Source: Candidatus Eiseniibacteriota bacterium
GTDB lineage: Bacteria; Eisenbacteria; RBG-16-71-46; SZUA-252
Length of the DNA stretch: 64,000 nt
Assembly (NCBI GenBank): GCA_003235575.1
Contig: QJVW01000069.1
Coordinates: forward strand, 9,131 to 73,130
Direction: 5' to 3'
The translations under genes and the position numbers were made by a program. Shown here piece by piece: positions 38,064 to 47,124 of the stretch. Numbering within the stretch: position 1 is the stretch's first letter; each line of letters opens with the position of its first letter. The notes beneath the pieces are model-generated. The model worked only from the letters and a program-made list of their open reading frames with translations. It searched no databases and was not told the DNA's origin.

Positions 38064-38804
38064 ATGACGTGCGAACTGAGTGTGAACGTTGACCACGTGG
38101 CCACCGTGCGCCAGGCGCGCGGCGGAAACGAGCCCGATCCGGTGCGCGCGGGGGCGCTGGCGCTCCAGGCGGGGGCGGCCGGCATTACGGTCCATCTTCG
38201 CGAGGATCGGCGACACATTCAGGATCGCGACGTCCATGGCCTGCGCGCCTTGTGCGGCCCGGGGCGGGGCGAGTTGAACCTCGAGATGGCGCTCACCGAG
38301 GAAATGATCGCGATCGCCCTTGCGATCAAGCCCGACCGGGTGACCCTGGTTCCCGAACGCCGCGAGGAGTTGACCACGGAGGGAGGCCTGGACGTCGCGC
38401 TCCACGCCAAAGCCATCGAGGCAGGCGCCGCGCGGCTTCGAGCCGTCGACATTCCGGTCAGCCTGTTCCTCGACCCCGAGGAGGCATTGGCCGCTCCCAC
38501 CCGCGCGGCCGGCGCCACGATCGTCGAAATCCACACGGGCGCCTACGCGAACGCCGGCGACCCGGCCGCCGTGGAGCGCGAGCTGGACCGCATCGGCCGC
38601 GCCGCCGTGGCGTTCGAACGCGAAGGGCTTCGCGTCCATGCCGGCCACGGCCTCACGGTGACGAACGTCGGCCCGCTGCTCCAGCGGTACGCGTTCACCG
38701 AGCTCTCGATCGGGCACACCCTCGTGTCGCGCTCGATCGAAGTCGGGATGGAGGCGGCCGTTCGGGAAATGATCGCCGCCATCGGCGCCGCGCGCCGCCC
38801 GTAA
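38064..38804 (+). CDS. pdxJ: pyridoxine 5'-phosphate synthase PdxJ
   Basis: LSVNVDHVATVRQARGGNEPDPV...GITVHLREDRRHI...EVHTG...HAGHGL motifs. Confidence 0.9.
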   Translation: MTCELSVNVDHVATVRQARGGNEPDPVRAGALALQAGAAGITVHLREDRRHIQDRDVHGLRALCGPGRGELNLEMALTEEMIAIALAIKPDRVTLVPERREELTTEGGLDVALHAKAIEAGAARLRAVDIPVSLFLDPEEALAAPTRAAGATIVEIHTGAYANAGDPAAVERELDRIGRAAVAFEREGLRVHAGHGLTVTNVGPLLQRYAFTELSIGHTLVSRSIEVGMEAAVREMIAAIGAARRP

Positions 38805-38912
38805 CGCGACGCAGCTTCAACTCACCTTCCTACAGTCGACCATTCAGCCGCTCCAACCGACTGTGTCCCAGTCCTTTGCGCGGTTGTGGGCGCCCGTGTC
38901 GCGGTCGTGGTC

Positions 38913-38951
38913 GTAACACGGAAGGCACAGAACCGTAACATCGCATTCACC
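38913..38951 (+). promoter_or_regulatory. candidate Pho box: four hexamers at 11-bp periodicity (GTAACA-GGCACA-GTAACA-TTCACC) upstream of the porin-pstSCA operon
   Basis: Read directly: hexamers begin at 38913, 38924, 38935 and 38946, about 105 bp upstream of the porin start. Direct repeats with 11-bp periodicity are the established pattern for PhoB/PhoP-type binding sites. Confidence 0.35.
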
Positions 38952-39054
38952 CCCAGGCCTCACGCTCCCGCTCGACGCCATTGGATCCGGCGCACGGTGC
39001 GAATGCACCTGTTGCGACTCGATACGGATCCCGGTCGGTTGTGGACGAGAAGGA

Positions 39055-40185
39055 GTGGGAATGACGCAACGAAGGTGGTGGGCCATGGCCGTGGCCGCGG
39101 CGCTTGCCTGGGGTATGGGCACCGTTCGAGGACAGGCCGAGGCCGCGGAGACGGGCTCCGACTACCCCCGCGGAAAGATCAGCGGGTACATCTGGGCCGA
39201 CACGTACTACAACGTGAGCGGCGACCCGGAGCATCGGTACAACTCGAGCGGCGCCGACTCGGCGAACCAGCTGATCAGCGGCTCGTATTCAGGTGGAATG
39301 CCGTCGGTGATCGGGCGCGATCTGAACGGCGTGCAGGTCCGGCGCGTCTACTTTCAGCACGACGGCGAGCTCTCGATCAAGTATTCGACCCGCTTCCGGC
39401 TCGAGGTGGACGGCAAGTCCCTCACGTCGGACGGCAAGTTGGGCGTCAACGTCAAGGCGGCCTATTTCCAAGCCAAGGAAGTCATCCCTCGGGGCAACTT
39501 TCTGGTCGGCGTGATCGGCACGCCCGTTTGGGAGACGTCCGAGGCGGCGTGGGGCTACCGTTCGATCGAGAAGACGATCGCCGACTTCCGAGGCCTGGGC
39601 AGCAGCGCCGACCTCGGGATTCAGATGAAGGGTTATGCCGATGAGGGGCGCAAGGTCGGCTACAACTTCGCGATCGGAAACGGCCTCGGACAGAAGCCCG
39701 AGAACAACCGGTACAAGAAAGTCTACTTCGGCCTTCCGCTTCGTCCCGCGAGCGACCTGACGATCGAGCCGTACGTGGACTACGAGTGGGGCGCGGGCGG
39801 CAAGGACAAGGCCACCTACAAGGTCTTCGTCGGATACGCCATGCGGAAGCTCTCGCTCGGCGCCGAACTGGTCGATCGTGTGAACCACAACCCGTCGGGA
39901 TCCAACACCGAACCCCTTGGACTCTCGTTCTTCGGAACCTATCGGACCAAGGAAACCATGGCGCTCTTCGCCCGCTACGACCGGTATCAGCCGGACACGC
40001 GCGCCGCGGACCGGATCGACGCCGACCTCTACGTCGCGGGCATCGACTGGATGGCGGCCCCGAACGTCTCCATCATGCCCAACGTTCTGGCGACGCAGTA
40101 CCGCGCGCGCGGCGCAGCGGAGGCGCCGCCTCACCACGACGTGCAGGCGCGCGTCACGTTCAACGTCAAGTTCTCGAAGCCGTAG
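39055..40185 (+). CDS. outer-membrane porin, probably phosphate-selective (OprO/OprP-like)
   Basis: Signal MTQRRWWAMAVAAALAWGMGTVRGQAEA, beta-rich with Gly/Tyr. Immediately upstream of pstS, downstream of a candidate Pho box. Confidence 0.5.
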   Translation: MGMTQRRWWAMAVAAALAWGMGTVRGQAEAAETGSDYPRGKISGYIWADTYYNVSGDPEHRYNSSGADSANQLISGSYSGGMPSVIGRDLNGVQVRRVYFQHDGELSIKYSTRFRLEVDGKSLTSDGKLGVNVKAAYFQAKEVIPRGNFLVGVIGTPVWETSEAAWGYRSIEKTIADFRGLGSSADLGIQMKGYADEGRKVGYNFAIGNGLGQKPENNRYKKVYFGLPLRPASDLTIEPYVDYEWGAGGKDKATYKVFVGYAMRKLSLGAELVDRVNHNPSGSNTEPLGLSFFGTYRTKETMALFARYDRYQPDTRAADRIDADLYVAGIDWMAAPNVSIMPNVLATQYRARGAAEAPPHHDVQARVTFNVKFSKP

Positions 40186-40213
40186 TCCGGATTCCAACCA
40201 AGGAGATCACGCG

Positions 40214-41299
40214 ATGACGATGTTCCGATCCAAGGCTCCCGCGGCGAGGCTGCTGCGGGGTGTCGCCATGCTCGCGATGACGCTGACGATGGGCGGAACG
40301 ATGCCGGCGTGCGCCGCGAAGCCCGTGAACCTGACGGGCGCGGGCGCGACGTTCCCGTACCCGATCTACTCGAAGTGGTTCGACATGTACCACCAGAAGA
40401 CCGGCACGCAGGTCAACTACCAGTCGATCGGCAGCGGCGGCGGCATTCAGCAGGTGAAGGCCGGCACGGTCGACTTCGGCGCCTCGGACGCGCCTCTCAA
40501 CGATCAGCGAATGGGGGAGATGCCGAAGCCGGTGGTTCACTTCCCGACGGTGGCGGGCGCGGTGGTTCTGGCCTACAACCTCCCGGGTTTGAAGGCGCCC
40601 CTCCGGATGACCAGCGACGTCGTCGCGGGCATCTATTTGGGTAAGATCACGAAGTGGAACGACAAGGCGATTGCGGCGGCGAACCCGGGGGTGACGCTCC
40701 CGGCGCAGGCGATCCTACCCGTGTACCGCTCCGACGGCAGTGGCACGACCTACATCTTCGTGTCCTACCTCTCGGCCGTGAGCAAGGAGTGGGGCACGAC
40801 GGTCGGCGTCAACACCTCCGTCTCGTGGCCCGCCGGAATCGGCGGCAAGGGAAACGAAGGCGTTTCCGGACTGGTCCGGCAAACACCCGGCTCCATCGGA
40901 TACGTGGAGTTGGCCTACGCCAAGCAGAACAAGTTCACGGTGGCGCATCTCCAGAACGCGGCCGGCAGGTTCGTGGAGCCGACGCTCGCCTCGACGACGG
41001 CCGCCGCCAACGGCGCCGCGGCCGAACTGGCCAAGGACGTTCGCACGCCGATCGTCAATTCGCCCGACCCCGATGCCTATCCCATCGCGGGGCTGACCTT
41101 CCTCCTGGTGACGAAGGATCAGGCGAACGCGGCCAAGGGCCGGGCCATCGCCAGCTTCATCGAATGGGCCATGACCGAAGGGCAGGAACAGGCAGCGGAC
41201 CTGGACTACGCACGACTGCCGGAATCGGTCGTGAACGTGAACATGACGAACCTCCTCTCGCTCACCTCGGCGGGAAAACCGCTCGTGGCGAAGCGGTAG
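40214..41299 (+). CDS. pstS: phosphate ABC transporter substrate-binding protein PstS
   Basis: ATG preceded by AAGGAGA. LTGAGATFPYPIYSKW...NYQSIGSGGGIQQVKAGTVDFGASDAPL matches PstS. Confidence 0.9.
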   Translation: MTMFRSKAPAARLLRGVAMLAMTLTMGGTMPACAAKPVNLTGAGATFPYPIYSKWFDMYHQKTGTQVNYQSIGSGGGIQQVKAGTVDFGASDAPLNDQRMGEMPKPVVHFPTVAGAVVLAYNLPGLKAPLRMTSDVVAGIYLGKITKWNDKAIAAANPGVTLPAQAILPVYRSDGSGTTYIFVSYLSAVSKEWGTTVGVNTSVSWPAGIGGKGNEGVSGLVRQTPGSIGYVELAYAKQNKFTVAHLQNAAGRFVEPTLASTTAAANGAAAELAKDVRTPIVNSPDPDAYPIAGLTFLLVTKDQANAAKGRAIASFIEWAMTEGQEQAADLDYARLPESVVNVNMTNLLSLTSAGKPLVAKR

Positions 41300-41300
41300 C

Positions 41301-42281
41301 ATGACCCCGGAACGGTCGGTGGGAACCGCGGGAGCGATGAGCGGTCTTCGCCCCCGCCCGGCCTTTCGCGTCGACGACGTCTACCGCGGCCTCCTCATGG
41401 CGGCCGCGGGCGTCGTCTTCCTGATCGTCTTCCTCATCGCGTTCGAATCGTTCATGGGAGCGCGGCTCTCCATGAAGACGATCGGGTGGAGCTTCCTCTG
41501 GTCCGGCGAGTGGGACCCCGTGGCGGACCACTACGGCGCGCTCCCCTACGTGATCGGCACGCTCTCGACCTCTTTCCTCGCCCTGCTCCTGGCGGTGCCG
41601 CTCGGCGTCGGAAGCGCCGTCTACCTCGCCGAGCTGGCGAGCCGGCGGCTTGGCGCGGTCGTCTCCTTCGTCATGGAACTCCTCGCGGCGATTCCCAGCA
41701 TCGTCTTCGGAATCTGGGGATTCTTCGTTTTGGCGCCGGTGCTGCGAACCACCGTCGAGCCGTGGCTGATCGAGCACTTCGGGTTCATCCCGCTCTTCTC
41801 CGGCGCGCCGTTCGGCATCGGCATCCTCAACGCCGGGATCATTCTCGCCATCATGATCGTGCCGACGATCGTCTCCATTTCGCGCGAGGTTCTACTCGCC
41901 ACTCCGAAGTCGCTTCGCGAAGCGTCCCTGGCGCTCGGCGCGACGCAGGCCGAGTCGATCGGCGTGGCGCTCGACGCGGCGAAGCCCGGTATCCTGGGCG
42001 CCGCGATCCTGGCTCTCGGGAGGGCGCTCGGCGAAACGATGGCCGTGACGATGGTCATCGGCAACACCAACCGGATCCCGACTTCGCTTCTCGACCCGGG
42101 CGCGACGATGGCCAGCGTGATCGCGAACGAATTCACCGAGGCGACCAGTCCGATCTATCTCTCGGCGTTGATCCAGATCGCGCTCGTGCTCTTCCTCGTG
42201 ACCATCGTCATGAACGGGCTGGCGCGGCTCCTGGTCTACTGGGTGACGGGCGGCCGCAGCGACACGGCGGGGGCGGCATGA
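41301..42281 (+). CDS. pstC: phosphate ABC transporter permease PstC
   Basis: Six TM helices and an EAA-like permease motif (SLREASLALGATQAESI). Confidence 0.88.
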   Translation: MTPERSVGTAGAMSGLRPRPAFRVDDVYRGLLMAAAGVVFLIVFLIAFESFMGARLSMKTIGWSFLWSGEWDPVADHYGALPYVIGTLSTSFLALLLAVPLGVGSAVYLAELASRRLGAVVSFVMELLAAIPSIVFGIWGFFVLAPVLRTTVEPWLIEHFGFIPLFSGAPFGIGILNAGIILAIMIVPTIVSISREVLLATPKSLREASLALGATQAESIGVALDAAKPGILGAAILALGRALGETMAVTMVIGNTNRIPTSLLDPGATMASVIANEFTEATSPIYLSALIQIALVLFLVTIVMNGLARLLVYWVTGGRSDTAGAA

Positions 42282-43111
42282 TGCGTACGCGCCGTCTTTG
42301 GAACCACGCCGTCCTGACCGCCTGCTACGCGGCGGCGGGCATCGTCGTGCTGCCGCTCGTGTTGATCGTGGGCCATCTCCTGGGGAAGGGGGCGGCCGGC
42401 CTCAGCCTGGAATTCTTCACGCACATGCCGAAGCCGGTCGGGGAACTGGGCGGCGGCATGGCGAACGCCATCGTGGGGACCTTGATCATCGTCGGAATCG
42501 CCGGGGCCGTCGCGATCCCGATTGGCGTGGCGGCGGGGGTCTACCTCGCCGAGTACGGTCGCGGGAAGTTCGCGGCGCTCGTCCGCTACACGACCGACGT
42601 ATTGAGCGGCATTCCGTCGATCGTCGTCGGCGTGGCCGCCTACGGACTGGTCGTGGTGCCGATGGGACGGTTCTCCGCGCTTGCGGGGTCGGTGGCGCTC
42701 GCGATCCTCATGTTGCCGACCATCATTCGGAGCACCGAGGAGATGGTGCGCCTCGTGCCCCGCTCCTATCGGGAGGCCGCGCTCGCGCTGGGGGCGCCGC
42801 GGTGGAAGACCGTCCAGCAGGTGGTGCTCCCCGCGGCGCGCGCGGGAATCGTCACCGCCAGCATGCTGGCCGTCGCACGCGCCGCCGGTGAGACGGCGCC
42901 CCTCCTCTTCACGGCCCTCGGAAACCGCTTCTGGTCCCTCAGCCTGGACGAGCCGATGGCGACGCTGCCGGTCTTCATCTACGACTACGCTCGCGCCCCG
43001 TACGACGATTGGAACGCCCAGGCCTGGACCGGCGCCCTGGTCCTGGTTCTGCTCGTGACCATTATTTCGGCGCTCCTGCGCCTGACGGTGCGGAGGGTCC
43101 GGACGGGGTAG
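42278..43111 (+). CDS. pstA: phosphate ABC transporter permease PstA
   Basis: ATGA overlap with pstC. Permease motif SYREAALALGAPRWKTV. Confidence 0.88.
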   Translation: MMRTRRLWNHAVLTACYAAAGIVVLPLVLIVGHLLGKGAAGLSLEFFTHMPKPVGELGGGMANAIVGTLIIVGIAGAVAIPIGVAAGVYLAEYGRGKFAALVRYTTDVLSGIPSIVVGVAAYGLVVVPMGRFSALAGSVALAILMLPTIIRSTEEMVRLVPRSYREAALALGAPRWKTVQQVVLPAARAGIVTASMLAVARAAGETAPLLFTALGNRFWSLSLDEPMATLPVFIYDYARAPYDDWNAQAWTGALVLVLLVTIISALLRLTVRRVRTG

Positions 43112-43131
43112 GCGGGGCAGACCGGCGACGG

Positions 43132-43806
43132 CTACGCCTCGGTCGTTCGCTCCTCGGCGTGGTGCTTGATCACGCGGGCCTCGGCGACGAAGATCGCCTC
43201 TTCGGCGATGTTGGTGGCGAGATCGCCGACGCGTTCCAGGTTGCGGCTGATGAGGAGCAGTTCCAGGGCGGAGGGGACACACTCCGGATCGCGGAGCATC
43301 TTCGCCGATAGCGCGCCGAAGATGTGCGCCTTGTCGGCGTCGATGTCGGAATCGCGCTCACAGACGCGGCGGGCCATCACCGGATCGCCGCGCAGCCACG
43401 CCGAGACGGCGTCCTTCAGCGCGCCGCGCGTCCGCTCGCCCATCCGCGGCAGGTCCTCGGGCGCGGCCATGACCGGGAGGCGGCTCAACTTGATCGCGCC
43501 TTGCGCGATGTTGACCGCGTGATCCCCGATCCGCTCCAGGTCGTTCGAAAGCCGTATCGACGCCACGACGAAGCGCAGATCCCGCGCGACCGGCTGCTGC
43601 AGCCCCAGAAATCGAAGGCAGCTCTCCTCGACTTCCAGCTCGATCTTGTCGATGGCCGGATCGTCGGTGAACACCTCCTCGGCCAGGCGCGGGTTTCGCG
43701 TGCGCACGGCCTCCATCGCCTTCGTCAGGGCGGTCTCCGCCCGCCCCGCCATTTCGCTCAGGCGGTCGCGCAGCGCTTCGAGATCGGTATGAAAGTGTCG
43801 TTCCAC
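43132..43806 (-). CDS. phoU: phosphate signalling complex protein PhoU
   Basis: 224 aa with a duplicated PhoU repeat (DLERIGDHAVNIAQ / NLERVGDLATNIAE). Confidence 0.9.
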   Translation of the reverse strand: MERHFHTDLEALRDRLSEMAGRAETALTKAMEAVRTRNPRLAEEVFTDDPAIDKIELEVEESCLRFLGLQQPVARDLRFVVASIRLSNDLERIGDHAVNIAQGAIKLSRLPVMAAPEDLPRMGERTRGALKDAVSAWLRGDPVMARRVCERDSDIDADKAHIFGALSAKMLRDPECVPSALELLLISRNLERVGDLATNIAEEAIFVAEARVIKHHAEERTTEA

Positions 43807-43828
43807 GTGGGGGCTCCCGGGCGGACGC

Positions 43829-44665
43829 CTATCCGAAACGGCCCGTGATGTAGTCCTCGGTCAACCGCTCCCGCGGCTTGGTGAAGAGCGTCTGCGTCGG
43901 CCCGTACTCCACCAGTTTGCCGGAGAGCATGAACGCGGTGCGATCGGAGATGCGTGCGGCCTGCTGCATATTGTGCGTCACGATCGCGACCGTGACGCTC
44001 TTCTTGATGTCGTGCACCAGCTCTTCGATCTTCGCCGTGGCGATCGGATCCAGCGCGGAGGCCGGTTCGTCGAGGAGCAGCACCTCCGGTTCCACGGCCA
44101 ACGCGCGCGCGATGCAGAGGCGCTGCTGCTGGCCGCCCGAAAGCCCCAGGGCGGAACGCCCCAGACGATCCTTCACCTCGCTCCAGAGCGCGGCGCGCTT
44201 CAGCGCTTCCTCCACCAGGTTCTCCAGCCGCGATTTCTTGCGCACGCCCTGCAGGCGCGGGCCGTAGGAGACGTTGTCGAAGATCGACATCGGAAACGGG
44301 TTGGCGCGCTGGAACACCATGCCGACGCGGCGGCGCAGGTCGACCAGGTCGAGCCCGGCGCCCAGCACGTCCGTTTGGTGAAATCGTATCGCCCCGGCGT
44401 AGCGGATGGGCGGGTAGAGATCGTTCATCCGATTGAAGCAGCGGAGGAGCGACGACTTGCCACACCCCGAGGGTCCGATGATCGCCGTAATGCGATTCCT
44501 GGCGATGGGAAGGCTGACCTCGTGGAGCGCCTGGTGGGATCCGTACCAAAGGGAGAGCCCTTCCGCCTCGAGGGCGGTGGGGGCATCCGGTTCCGGAGTC
44601 GCCGCGACGTTATCGGGCATCTCGACTACCGCGGGTCTGGGGAGCGTTTCGATCAACGAGGCCAT
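43829..44665 (-). CDS. pstB: phosphate ABC transporter ATP-binding protein PstB
   Basis: [34 protein letters not shown] and [12 protein letters not shown] motifs; upstream of phoU on the minus strand. Confidence 0.92.
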   Translation of the reverse strand: MASLIETLPRPAVVEMPDNVAATPEPDAPTALEAEGLSLWYGSHQALHEVSLPIARNRITAIIGPSGCGKSSLLRCFNRMNDLYPPIRYAGAIRFHQTDVLGAGLDLVDLRRRVGMVFQRANPFPMSIFDNVSYGPRLQGVRKKSRLENLVEEALKRAALWSEVKDRLGRSALGLSGGQQQRLCIARALAVEPEVLLLDEPASALDPIATAKIEELVHDIKKSVTVAIVTHNMQQAARISDRTAFMLSGKLVEYGPTQTLFTKPRERLTEDYITGRFG

Positions 44666-44723
44666 CCTTTCCAGGTTCGCCCAACGATACGAAAAGACCG
44701 CGCCGGATGGTCATGTCATCCTT

Positions 44724-44740
44724 GTTACAAATGGGTTACG
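44724..44740 (-). promoter_or_regulatory. candidate Pho box upstream of pstB (minus-strand GTAAC repeats at 11-bp spacing)
   Basis: + strand gttaca (44724..44729) and gttacg (44735..44740) read on the minus strand as TGTAAC / CGTAAC, 11 bp apart and 60-75 bp upstream of pstB. Same motif and orientation as the array upstream of the porin. Confidence 0.3.
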
Positions 44741-46094
44741 AACCCGGACCCGAAACGGGAAGCTCCAGCCAGAAGGTGCTTCCACGATCGGCCTCGCTTT
44801 CCACGCCGACGGTACCCCCGTGCAACTGAACGGCGTGCTTCACGATGGATAGCCCGAGCCCGGTCCCGCCCTGCGCCCGCGAACGGGCCTGGTCGGCCCG
44901 GTAGAAGCGCTCGAAGATCCGGGCGAGGTGCTCGGGTGCGATTCCCCTTCCCGAGTCCGCCACCGAAATCCGTGCGCGCGACGTCCCGGGCACGAGGTGA
45001 ATCCGAACCCACCCTTTCTCGGTGTACTTGATCGCGTTGTCGATCAGATTGCGGATCGCCAGTTCCAACCGCTTCCGGTCGCAGCGAATTCGCGTGCCCG
45101 GCGCCGCGTCGAGTTCGAACGCCAGCCCTCGGCGGGCCGCCAAATCCTCGAATGGCTCCGCCATTTCCCGGAGCAACTCGCCCAGGTCCCAATCCTTGAG
45201 CTCCAACTCCGCGTCCGGCCGTTCCAGATCCGCAAGCGATAGAAGGTCGTCCACCAGCGCTTCCAGCCGGCTCGCCTGGGCTCGTATCGTTTCGACGAAC
45301 TTACCGCGGTGCTCCTCGTCGTGCAAACCGCCCTGGAGCAGCGTTTCGGTGTAGCCGAGGATCGAGGTCAACGGGGTCTTCAATTCATGCGACACGTTGG
45401 CCACGAACTCGCGGCGAATCTCCGCCGCGCGCCTCTCGGGACCGAGGTCCTCGATCGTCAGAAGCCAGGCCTCGGGCGTCGCCCCATCGCCCACGGGCGC
45501 CACCGTCGCTTCGACGTCCAGTCGCTCCGACAGATAAAGAGAGACCTCCCGGGTCACCGCGCGTCCGGCCCGGCGCGCGTCCTCTACGGCCTCCTGGAGG
45601 GCCGGCTGCCTGGCCACGGAGAGGTGCGCCCCGCGATCCGGCGCCTCCACTTCCACCGATTCCCAGAACCGCGCGTTGGCATGCCGGATGGTGAGATCGG
45701 GGGCGATCAAAGCCACGCCCTGGGGCAGATAGTCGAGGGCGGCGGCGCTCTCGTCGCGCCCGCGCTCCAGCTCGTTCCGATCCCGTTCGGCCCGATCCGC
45801 GATCTCGTTCAGCGATCGCGCCAGACCCCCCAAGTCGTCGTGATATTCCACGGCGGCGCGCGCCGAGAGCTCACCCGACGCCAGCCGGGCGGCGGCGTCC
45901 TCCAGCACCCTGAGACGGCGGGCGAGCCGGACGAGGAGCGCGTAGGTCAGGACGGCCACGAGGATGACGGCGATGGCGAGGAGCGACCAGAGGCGCACGC
46001 CGGCCCCGGGCCCGATCAACAGCCCGGCCAGCGTCACGACTACGACGAGGACCCCGAGAAGGGAGGCGTAGAGGCGCCGAATCGTCGGACCCAC
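44736..46094 (-). CDS. phoR: phosphate regulon sensor histidine kinase PhoR
   Basis: N-terminal TM, HAMP/PAS, H-box FVANVSHELKTPLTSILGY, N and G boxes (DSGRGI..., GGTGLGLSIVK). Confidence 0.85.
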   Translation of the reverse strand: MGPTIRRLYASLLGVLVVVVTLAGLLIGPGAGVRLWSLLAIAVILVAVLTYALLVRLARRLRVLEDAAARLASGELSARAAVEYHDDLGGLARSLNEIADRAERDRNELERGRDESAAALDYLPQGVALIAPDLTIRHANARFWESVEVEAPDRGAHLSVARQPALQEAVEDARRAGRAVTREVSLYLSERLDVEATVAPVGDGATPEAWLLTIEDLGPERRAAEIRREFVANVSHELKTPLTSILGYTETLLQGGLHDEEHRGKFVETIRAQASRLEALVDDLLSLADLERPDAELELKDWDLGELLREMAEPFEDLAARRGLAFELDAAPGTRIRCDRKRLELAIRNLIDNAIKYTEKGWVRIHLVPGTSRARISVADSGRGIAPEHLARIFERFYRADQARSRAQGGTGLGLSIVKHAVQLHGGTVGVESEADRGSTFWLELPVSGPGS

Positions 46095-46130
46095 GCGGGC
46101 ACTTTACCACCCCGCGGCGGCCGGGGCGCG

Positions 46131-46836
46131 CTACTTGGTCGTCGCCGGAAGCTCGGCGGAATAGCCGACGCCGGTGACGGTCCGAATCAGCGCCGCGTCC
46201 TTGCCCAGCTTGGCCCGCAAGCGGCGAACGTGGACGTCCACCGTGCGCGTCTCGCCGAAGTAGCCCAGGCCCCAGACCTTGTCGAGGAGCTGCTCTCGGG
46301 AGAAGACCTTGCCGGGGCGCTGGAGCAGGTGCTCGAGCAGGCGGTACTCCGTGGGAGTGAGGTGCACTTCCCGCTGGCGCAGAAATACCTGGTGGCGCTC
46401 GCGGTCGAATCGGAACGGCCCGATCTCGTCCTTGCCCGTCGGCTCGTCGGGGCGCGTTCGGCGGAGGACGGCGCCCACCCGCGCCACCAGCTCCTTGGGC
46501 GAGAACGGCTTCGTCAGATAGTCGTCGGCCCCCCGCTCGAACCCGATCAGTTTGTCCATCTCGGTGCTGCGGGCCGTTAGGAGGAGGACCGGCAGGGAGC
46601 GTGTTCTCGGCTCGCCGCGGATCGCCTCCAGGACCTCGATGCCGCTTCGTTTCGGGAGGAGCAGGTCGAGCACGACGAGGTCGGGCGGGGACTGGTAGAT
46701 CCGTTCCAGGGCGCTCTCGCCGTCGGCCGCCTCGAGGACGCGGTACCCCTCGCGGGTGAGGTTGTACCGGACGAGCTCCACGATCTCGGGCTCGTCGTCG
46801 ACCACCAATATGGTGGAGCGTGAAGTCTTGGGCACG
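46131..46836 (-). CDS. phoB: phosphate regulon response regulator PhoB/PhoP (OmpR family)
   Basis: Receiver domain TILVVDDEPEIVELVRYNL...D; winged-helix output domain (LTPTEYRLLEHLLQRPGKVFSREQLLDKVWG). GTG start proposed at 46836, since the ORF-track 296-aa version has a non-conserved N-terminal extension. Confidence 0.85.
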
Positions 46837-47033
46837 TCCGCGTAGGACCCTCTGGTTCGGGCCGGTTGGGACACCTTGATCGGCGTGGATCTGGGCCGGC
46901 CGCAGTTTACCACGCGGCTACAGGATGGGCCCGAGGATGCCGGCGGGGAGTTTCCGACCGGCGTCGGAGAGGTTTCGATCACGTTACGGACGTGCCCGGT
47001 CCCCCCATCGCCCCACCCCATTTACACTTGCCT

Positions 47034-47090
47034 CATTGACTTCCCGCCAGGGGTCGGGTAGCCTCGTCCGTCTCGATTGACTTCCGCCCA
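47034..47090 (+). promoter_or_regulatory. direct repeat of a -35-like element (ATTGACTTCCcGCC x2, 41 bp apart) in the secD upstream region
   Basis: Read directly: cattgacttcccgcca at 47034..47049 and gattgacttccgccca at 47075..47090, both containing TTGACT. Confidence 0.3.
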
Positions 47091-47124
47091 AGGTTTCCCG
47101 GCTCCGGGAAATACAGGAGCAACC

